The notes beneath the pieces are model-generated. The model was not told where the DNA came from, ran no database searches, and worked only from the letters and a program-made list of their open reading frames with translations. From NCBI GenBank assembly GCA_947625045.1, contig CANQMW010000015.1:1429-65428 (forward strand): 64,000 bases of DNA, given 5' to 3'. This DNA is from an uncultured Oscillospiraceae bacterium. GTDB taxonomy: Bacteria > Bacillota > Clostridia > Oscillospirales > Oscillospiraceae. Numbering within the stretch: the stretch's first letter is position 1; every line of letters starts with the position of its first letter. Of the stretch, positions 37,365-43,262 are shown piece after piece. The position numbers were made by a program, and so were the translations under genes.

Positions 37365-37928
37365 TCAGCTCTCCCAGCCGTGTTCCGTCTGCTCCGCGTC
37401 CAGCTGCTCCTGCATGAGCCGCTGTACGGTCTTCTCCATCAGCTCGGCACGGGTGGTCTCATACAGCTTTTGCAGCGCACGAGCGCTTGTCACGCCGCCG
37501 TCTATGCCCGCGGCCCTGCTCACGGCCTTTATCTGCTCCCGGACCGTCGACAAGCCCGTGATCGCGCCCGTTTTTCCCACAAATATGGCCCCGCTGGAAA
37601 CGCCGTTCCGCCGGGCATAGGCCAAAAGCTCCTCCCGCAGACTCTCCGGCAGATGGATGACCCGCTCCGCTGTCCTGATCTCGCCGGAATTGACCTCCTC
37701 CACCGTCAGCGCCAAAAGCTCCTGCGGCCGGATGCCCGCAGAGACCGTCGCCCGCATAGCGAGATAGGCCAGTACTTTGCGCATCCTCCTCGCCGTCTTC
37801 AAAAGCGCAAGATACTGATCCCGCGTGAGCTCGTTTTGCTCCGGCGCCTGCGCGTCGGCCGGTTTCTGAAGTCTTTCCCTGGAAAGGCGCCTTGCCGTTT
37901 GCTTTTGTACCTGAAGTATCTCCTGCAT
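37365..37928 (-). CDS. Integrase-fold protein lacking the HxxR box and the Tyr-bearing C-terminal segment (single module)
   Basis: Start MQEILQ at 37928, with GGGAGG 7 nt upstream. LTRDQYLALLKTA...SAGIRPQELLALTVEEV matches box I of tyrosine recombinases. The HxLRH position reads SARALQK, and the protein ends in LMQEQLDAEQTEHGWES with no LGH...Y segment. Confidence 0.6.
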   Translation of the reverse strand: MQEILQVQKQTARRLSRERLQKPADAQAPEQNELTRDQYLALLKTARRMRKVLAYLAMRATVSAGIRPQELLALTVEEVNSGEIRTAERVIHLPESLREELLAYARRNGVSSGAIFVGKTGAITGLSTVREQIKAVSRAAGIDGGVTSARALQKLYETTRAELMEKTVQRLMQEQLDAEQTEHGWES

Positions 37929-37930
37929 CC

Positions 37931-39430
37931 TCAAACCTCCCAGCCCGCTGTGAGCTGCTCCTGCTCCGCCTGCCGGTCCATCGTCTGCTCCACCAGCAGG
38001 GCAAAATTGGCCTCCACCGCCGCTTTCGTGGACTTATAAAGCCGCCGCAGACACTGGGGATTGCACTTCTCGCCGGGCAGTCCCGCCTCCTCGCCCAGTT
38101 TCGCGATGGACTGCACGATGCCAGCACGGCACATGGGCCTGTTCTGGTTCGACAAAAAGATGGGCCCCGCGCCGATGTCCTGCCGCTCCGCGTAGGCCAG
38201 AAGCTCCCGGCACAGACACCCGGGCAGATGCAGCATGCTGCGCGTGCCGCTGGAGACCACCGTCATGCCGCCGGCCTTCGCCGCCTCCACCGTCACCTTA
38301 TCCAGCTGCTGCACCGGCAGGTCGCAGGAGGCGAACAGCTTCACCAGCAGATACTCCCGCTCCTTGTCCAGCCGCTTCGCCGTTTGCAGCAGCTGTAAAT
38401 ATTCGTTCCGGGTCAGCTCCGGCTGGGGGTTGTCCTCCTGCTTTGGCAGTTCCGAAAGCTGATACTCCCGGTGGCCCATATAGTCCAGAAACCCATTCGC
38501 CACGATGGCAAAGCCGTTGATCGTGTTGGGGGCATAGCCTTTTTCCCGCAGCAATTCGACCCACTGGGCAAGGGTCCCCCGGCGGATACGCTTATCCGCC
38601 GGCAGATCCTGATAGAACTGCTTCAGAATGCCGCTGTACTGCTGGGGAGCAGATATACGTCCTTTGGCTTGCAGCCCGGCCATGTATCCCTCAATGTCCT
38701 CGTGGGTCATCCGGACGCCGGGATCATCTATGACTGCCCCGCGCTCGGTCTTTTGCGCCGGAAGCGGTTTCCCGCGCCGTTTTGGGAGAACAGGCAGGCG
38801 CTCGGCCTCCGCCTGCCGATCCATGAGCTGTACCGCCATATCGACGGCCCGGGCCTCCGCATCCGCCTGCCGGTTCATGAGCCGTTCCACCATGCCGGGA
38901 GCCTGAGCCTCCGCATCCGCCTGCCGGGCCATGAGTCGTTCCACTGTATCGGCGGCCCGGGCCTCCGCGTCCGCCTGCCGATTCATGATCTGTTCCATCA
39001 TATCGGCAGCCCGGGCCTCCGCATCCGCCTTCGCGGCCCGATACAGCTTCCGCAGCGCGCTGGGACGGCACTTCTCTTCGTCCAGCTCTGCCGAACAGCA
39101 TAGGTTATGCAGGAACCTGGATACCTGCGTCGCGTTGTAAGGCCGCCCGCTTCGCGTGATGAACACAGGTCCGGACCGGACGCTCTTCCACGCGGCATAC
39201 TCCTCCAGTTCCTCCCGCAGGCCCGCTGCCAGCGGCACCACGTCATGTTCCACTTTCAGCTTGCCCGCCCGGACGGCTTCCACCGTCAGCTCCGGCAATC
39301 CCAGTATGGACACGCCGGTGGTCGCCATCACCTTCACCAGCAGGTAAGCACGCTCATCATTCGATCCCTTTGCCGTGTCCAGAAGATGCAGATACTCCTC
39401 CCGGGTGATATCCGCGCCCACAGTCCACAT
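37931..39430 (-). CDS. Integrase-fold protein with two nucleophile-less modules, a SAM-like N-domain insert and an 18-aa repeat linker
   Basis: Start MWTVGADITREEY at 39430, with GGAGAAAGGAGA upstream. The modules start at ITREEYLHLLDTAK and LTRNEYLQLLQTAK. The middle has an integrase N-terminal-like segment (HEDIEGYMAGLQAKG...NTINGFAIVANGFLDYM). The HxxR positions read SALRK and QCLRR, and no catalytic Tyr helix is present. Confidence 0.6.
   Translation of the reverse strand: MWTVGADITREEYLHLLDTAKGSNDERAYLLVKVMATTGVSILGLPELTVEAVRAGKLKVEHDVVPLAAGLREELEEYAAWKSVRSGPVFITRSGRPYNATQVSRFLHNLCCSAELDEEKCRPSALRKLYRAAKADAEARAADMMEQIMNRQADAEARAADTVERLMARQADAEAQAPGMVERLMNRQADAEARAVDMAVQLMDRQAEAERLPVLPKRRGKPLPAQKTERGAVIDDPGVRMTHEDIEGYMAGLQAKGRISAPQQYSGILKQFYQDLPADKRIRRGTLAQWVELLREKGYAPNTINGFAIVANGFLDYMGHREYQLSELPKQEDNPQPELTRNEYLQLLQTAKRLDKEREYLLVKLFASCDLPVQQLDKVTVEAAKAGGMTVVSSGTRSMLHLPGCLCRELLAYAERQDIGAGPIFLSNQNRPMCRAGIVQSIAKLGEEAGLPGEKCNPQCLRRLYKSTKAAVEANFALLVEQTMDRQAEQEQLTAGWEV
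38798..39031 (-). repeat. 54-bp in-frame tandem repeat, about 4.3 copies (18-aa unit, consensus like hhERLMNRQADAEARAxD)
   Basis: Read directly in both DNA and protein: MMEQIMNRQADAEARAAD / TVERLMARQADAEAQAPG / MVERLMNRQADAEARAVD / MAVQLMDRQAEAE. Confidence 0.85.
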
Positions 39431-39513
39431 CTTCTTGGATCTCCTTTCTCCGCCCGCGGAAGGATAGGTCAGAATTGCACTACCGTTCCCCATGACAGAG
39501 GTCTGACCCCTCC

Positions 39514-39553
39514 AAAATGAAAAACCATCCTGCATGTGGACCATGCAGGATGG
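39514..39553 (-). terminator. Rho-independent terminator (minus strand)
   Basis: Perfect 12-bp stem CCATCCTGCATG-TGGAC-CATGCAGGATGG, followed on the minus strand by TTTTTCATTTT. Confidence 0.8.
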
Positions 39554-39575
39554 AAAAATGAGACGCCATGGGTAT

Positions 39576-39613
39576 AGAAAAGCAGGCCGTTGAAGGGCAT
39601 TGTTTCAACGGCC
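39576..39613 (-). terminator. Rho-independent terminator (minus strand), first of two in tandem after the recombinase gene
   Basis: 10-bp stem GGCCGTTGAA...TTCAACGGCC, followed on the minus strand by TGCTTTTCT. Confidence 0.65.
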
Positions 39614-39782
39614 TCAATGCGTATGCCAAGTTTGCTTGATTTGGATGTTTTTTACCGCCGTATACAGAGCATACCACTTGATTAATCTGTAGGGATGTGG
39701 TAATATTCTCTCAACTGTTAGGGCGGATTATCAGATATAATTATAATGTTTGTCGCTTAAGTGCAATTTTGTTGATGCTTCG

Positions 39783-40622
39783 CTAACTGACAAGTCCCAG
39801 CCGCTCCAGCGTCCTGGCATGCTCCGCACCGGTGGTGATGAGGTATATCCGCGTGGTGTTGATGGATGAGTGCCCCAGCACGTCCGCCAGCTTTACGATA
39901 TCGTGACAGGCCCGGTAGAACGTAGTGGCAAACAGGTGCCGCAGGTTGTGGGGAAACACCTTCCCCGGCTCCACCCCCGCCAGCGCGCACACCGCCTTCA
40001 TCTCCGCCCATATCTGCCGCCGGCTCAGACTCTTCCCGCTTCTGGTGAGAAATATCTCGCCGGAGGCGATTTTTCGTTTCCGGGCATATTTCAGCAGCTT
40101 CCGGCATAGCTTCCCCGGCAGCATGATGGTCCGTATCTTCCCCTTCAGCGCTATCTCCGCCCGGCCCATCTGAGCCGCCTCCACCGTTATGTACCGTACC
40201 TCGGAGACACGGATGCCTGTTCCGCATATGGTCTCCATGAGCAGGGCAAGCCTGGGTCTTCCGCTGTCTCGGGCCGCTGTCACCAGCTTTTCATATTCCG
40301 CCTTGGTGAGGTCCTTTCCCGGATCCCGGAAGGCCCGGCGCTGGAGGCGCAGGGCCCTGACGCAGCAGTCCTGCCGGCCGCAGAACTTAAAGAACGCGTT
40401 CACCGCCGCCACCTTCACGTTCACTGTGGCCGGCGTATAGTCCTGGGTGAGCAGATGTTCCTTCCAGGCCACAGCGGCCTCCTTCGTCACCTCACGGCCG
40501 GCCAGCCAGGCCATGAACTCCCCTATGATCCGCACATACATCTTCACCGTGGCCGGCGCCCGCTCCTCTTCCGCCAAAAAGCAAGTAAACTCTTTGACCC
40601 GTCTCTCTGTGATGGTGTGCAT
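39783..40622 (-). CDS. Tyrosine site-specific recombinase (XerC/XerD-like), apparently catalytically intact
   Basis: Start MHTITERRVKEF. TGIRVSE (Arg), KGK, PHNLRHLF (HxxR) and LGHSSINTTRIYL (His/Tyr) are all present. Confidence 0.85.
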   Translation of the reverse strand: MHTITERRVKEFTCFLAEEERAPATVKMYVRIIGEFMAWLAGREVTKEAAVAWKEHLLTQDYTPATVNVKVAAVNAFFKFCGRQDCCVRALRLQRRAFRDPGKDLTKAEYEKLVTAARDSGRPRLALLMETICGTGIRVSEVRYITVEAAQMGRAEIALKGKIRTIMLPGKLCRKLLKYARKRKIASGEIFLTRSGKSLSRRQIWAEMKAVCALAGVEPGKVFPHNLRHLFATTFYRACHDIVKLADVLGHSSINTTRIYLITTGAEHARTLERLGLVS

Positions 40623-40802
40623 ACCAACACCCCCGTTTCTTGTAGTAGCTCTCATTTTACACAAGCCGGGGGCACTTTCCCAAGCCCATCTCACGGGGAC
40701 AACCATCAAAATCGCCGAAATTCCGGCCCATTAAACCGAAAAATCGTCCATCCATAATCCATATTTTCCCTTATCCTCTTATGTGCAAAGGGGGAGGATC
40801 AT

Positions 40803-41144
40803 GTGGAAAAGACCAATCACCTGTCAGATAATCTGAGGGCCTATCAATACACCCAGGGCAAGTCCCTGGCAGAGCTTTCTCTGGAATTCGGCATTGCCAG
40901 ATCCACCATCCAGTCGGTCATGGCAGATGGAAATACCACTCTCGATACCCTGATCCGTATAGCATGCGCCATGCACTGCTCGCTGGATGAATTGGTCTTT
41001 GGCGGCCGGCCTGCCAAACAGATGGACGGCATCCATTCCTTCATGGGCCGGTTGGAGTGGTTCGCCGGTCTCCCGGCTGAAAAGCAGGAAAAGTTCGTGT
41101 TCCATCTGCTGGAAATGCTCAAGCTGCTGGAACATGATGAATGA
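40803..41144 (+). CDS. XRE-family helix-turn-helix transcriptional regulator
   Basis: GTG start, with GGGGGAGGA upstream. QGKSLAELSLEFGIARSTIQSVMADGNTTLDTLIRIACAM is an HTH_3 pattern. The gene is divergent from the recombinase. Confidence 0.75.
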   Translation: MEKTNHLSDNLRAYQYTQGKSLAELSLEFGIARSTIQSVMADGNTTLDTLIRIACAMHCSLDELVFGGRPAKQMDGIHSFMGRLEWFAGLPAEKQEKFVFHLLEMLKLLEHDE

Positions 41145-41496
41145 CGTATCCATCCCGGTGGAAGATATCGTTCAGATATATGATCTGTTGTACCGCCTTG
41201 GCATCACCGCCAGCCATACCGGTTTCTTCCATACCGTTTATGCCGTTTACCTCGCCGCAAAGCAGCCTGACCGTTTGCTGCTGGCCGCAAAGTGGCTCTA
41301 TCCTGAAGTGGCCCGGCACTACGGCATCACCTGTTACTGCGCGGTGCGCAGTATCTACATTGCCTCCAGGACCGCCTGGCTTACGAACCGGGACCTTCTG
41401 GAGGAGCTGGCTGCGCGCCCATTGCCTCACAGGCCGGCCGCCGCGGAGTTTCTCGCCATTCTGGCCTCCTATTTCAACTGCCGCTTCGCCGCATAG
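41134..41496 (+). CDS. Spo0A C-terminal (DNA-binding) domain-like protein without receiver domain
   Basis: Start MMNDV overlaps the XRE gene's 3' end. LGITASHTGFFHTVYAVYL...AKWLYPEVARHYGIT...AVRSIYIASRTAW parallels the Spo0A_C helix pattern (GY.YL..AI ... LYP.VA..Y.TT...VERAIRHAI). Confidence 0.6.
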   Translation: MMNDVSIPVEDIVQIYDLLYRLGITASHTGFFHTVYAVYLAAKQPDRLLLAAKWLYPEVARHYGITCYCAVRSIYIASRTAWLTNRDLLEELAARPLPHRPAAAEFLAILASYFNCRFAA

Positions 41497-41534
41497 AGGC
41501 TGTACTCCCCAGCCTCAGCTCTGCTGCGCCTTTC

Positions 41535-41613
41535 CCGCGCCGACAAAAATTGGTTTTTATAATCGGATGAAAAATGCAGAACATATAGCCGACAAGCAAA
41601 CAGGGCGGCATTG
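41535..41613 (+). repeat. Copy B of the 79-nt dispersed direct repeat (partner at 19163..19241)
   Basis: See copy A. Located between the Spo0A_C-like and SASP-like genes. Confidence 0.8.
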
Positions 41614-41687
41614 CGAAATGGCCGCGAGACCGTTTTGGACAGCCGATCCTCTGCCTGTCAATGCAGCGGAAAGGAGTAGAAACGAAA

Positions 41688-41948
41688 ATGGCTAAGAATT
41701 CCAATCAGCTTGTGAACCCCAATGCCCGTGACGCGATGGACCGCTTTAAGATGGAAGCCGCCACCGAGGTGGGCGTCAACCTGAAGCAGGGCTACAACGG
41801 CGACCTGACCAGCAAGCAGGCCGGTTCCGTCGGCGGCCAGATGGTCAAAAAGATGTGTCCCGTACGAACTGTGAAATTTAGGAGGAACGACAGAAATGCG
41901 ATGGGGCATGAAGTGGAGATAAAGTACATAACAGGGATCACGATTTAG
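41688..41948 (+). CDS. Alpha/beta-type small acid-soluble spore protein (SASP)-like protein with a non-canonical C-terminus
   Basis: RBS AAAGGAG. NPNARDAMDRFKMEAATEVGVNL...TSKQAGSVGGQMVKKM matches both SASP signature blocks. After MVKKM the sequence (CPVRTVKFRRNDRN...) no longer resembles SASPs. Confidence 0.6.
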   Translation: MAKNSNQLVNPNARDAMDRFKMEAATEVGVNLKQGYNGDLTSKQAGSVGGQMVKKMCPVRTVKFRRNDRNAMGHEVEIKYITGITI

Positions 41949-41960
41949 GAGGGCTTTGAG

Positions 41961-42206
41961 ATGCGAAAACTGGTCAAGTGTGCGTTCAATATGGACACTG
42001 CCTGCGTGGAACTGCGCTTCTCTGATGGCAGCCGGATCGACATCGACACCGTTGGCGTGGAGAACGAGATTGCCGACAATCTGTATCAGCGCAGCGATCT
42101 GGACTGGCTGATCGATAACAAGCCGCTGGAATACGCCAGGCTCGTCCTTGGAGGCAAGTTGGAGGGATATGTACAAGGGACAGCGGAACATAGGTTGGAA
42201 GATTGA
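41961..42206 (+). CDS. Small conserved hypothetical protein, MGE-associated type
   Basis: 81 aa, RBS TAGGAGGG. From memory MRKLVKCAFNMDTACVELRFSDGS...NLYQRSDLDWLI resembles a small family common on clostridial elements. This is unverified. Confidence 0.5.
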   Translation: MRKLVKCAFNMDTACVELRFSDGSRIDIDTVGVENEIADNLYQRSDLDWLIDNKPLEYARLVLGGKLEGYVQGTAEHRLED

Positions 42207-42222
42207 GCAACGCAAAGAACAC

Positions 42223-42252
42223 GCCCTGCCAGTTGAGCTTGATTGGCAGGGC
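42223..42252. terminator. Hairpin between convergent genes; marks the left edge of the AT-richer cassette
   Basis: GCCCTGCCA-12 nt-TGGCAGGGC, followed by ATTGTTTC. Confidence 0.5.
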
Positions 42253-42273
42253 ATTGTTTCATACTCTTCTTAT

Positions 42274-43239
42274 TCACTCAGTCCGTTCCGAATTTTGAAC
42301 GATTTGCTTTTTCATTTCGTCAACATCCGCCTCTGTCAAACTTGCGCGATAGTCAATGTGCTTTGGATTGATTTGCTCCGATAAATCATTTACATTGCAA
42401 CAATCATAGACCACATTTTGTACTCTAATTATTCTTTCTGGCTTTTTTTGCAGTTCTAAATCGTCCTGAGAAAAAATAACGAAGTTCATCCCCACATGAC
42501 TTTGGAAGCTCGGATACGATATCCCCTGAACTGAAGCATCTTTATCCCTAAGAGCATTAACCAAATATTGTGTTGGTAGATACTCCAAATCTGCGTCTCC
42601 TCTACGAATGGGACGCGAGAACTGGAATGACAACTCTCTTGCGGTTGCATTTAAGTAAATGTTTATATCCTCGTCATCTATGAGCATCGCCTTTAAGTCT
42701 TGCCCGGTGCGTGGTAACTTAATTATCTTAATTGGCGACGGGTTTACATACTCTACTACATTCACAAGCTCTAAGATTGACGGACGAACCTCCGAGACTG
42801 CTGTGTATATGTTATCTGTTACATATAAGTCGGGAATTCCCTTTGGACTGGCTCGGTTTGGACCGGCCTTCTCTACGGGTGGCACGCCAACATCAGAAGG
42901 ATCAGAATACCCTCTGATTAGGCTCTTTCTAGGTATCCAAACCGGCATTTTCTCATTATCATGTCCCAAATAATCTATGTGCTTTTGAACTGTTAATTTC
43001 CACCCTGGGATAATCCTTGCTCTATAGAATACCGATCCCACAGGAACTTCAACTGTGAAGTACTTTGCTAGCAAGTCCGTAACTTCATCAATGAACTCTC
43101 TGTCTTCCTTTCGGGGAATAAAACGTGCATTGTGAATCAGGTTATAACAAAACATGTTCCATCGATGATGGAAATATGTACTTTTTGCCGCAAATTCAAA
43201 GTTCTTCATTCTCTTTTTTAGTTCTTGCTCTTCCTTCAT
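42274..43239 (-). CDS. RES domain protein with helical N-terminal extension; no adjacent Xre/DUF2384-type antitoxin
   Basis: The R-E-S triad is in context: SVFYRARI, NRASPKGIPDLYVTDNIYTAVSEV and QGISYPS. The start is either ATG 43239 (RBS AGAGGAAG) or GTG 43266, which overlaps the hsdR stop (GTGA). Confidence 0.7.
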   Translation of the reverse strand: MKEEQELKKRMKNFEFAAKSTYFHHRWNMFCYNLIHNARFIPRKEDREFIDEVTDLLAKYFTVEVPVGSVFYRARIIPGWKLTVQKHIDYLGHDNEKMPVWIPRKSLIRGYSDPSDVGVPPVEKAGPNRASPKGIPDLYVTDNIYTAVSEVRPSILELVNVVEYVNPSPIKIIKLPRTGQDLKAMLIDDEDINIYLNATARELSFQFSRPIRRGDADLEYLPTQYLVNALRDKDASVQGISYPSFQSHVGMNFVIFSQDDLELQKKPERIIRVQNVVYDCCNVNDLSEQINPKHIDYRASLTEADVDEMKKQIVQNSERTE

Positions 43240-43262
43240 TTCATCTTCCTCTAAAGCAAAAA

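Noticed and set aside
39431-39513. Looked for a promoter or invertible-switch inverted repeats upstream of the pseudo-recombinase/glycopolymer operon and around the intact recombinase gene
   Set aside because: I saw no convincing -35/-10 pair and no separated inverted repeats. The only dyads are tight terminator hairpins with 5-9-nt loops. Phase variation remains a hypothesis only.
37365-40622. Three tandem integrase-family genes considered as a RIT (recombinase-in-trio) element
   Set aside because: Only one gene keeps the R-K-H-R-H-Y catalytic set. Two strong terminators separate it from the other two. Those two are contiguous with biosynthetic genes. I saw no long terminal inverted repeats.
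41614-41687. Looked for a forespore sigma-G/sigma-F-type promoter upstream of the SASP-like gene
   Set aside because: I could not find a convincing match with correct spacing by eye, so no promoter is reported.
41141-41695. 184-aa plus-strand ORF running through the Spo0A_C-like gene in another frame and across repeat copy B (also 19132..19425 across copy A)
   Set aside because: The substitutions between the two repeat copies are not biased toward synonymous changes in this frame. The ORFs have no RBS and a Pro/Ala/Arg-rich composition. The repeat is better treated as non-coding.
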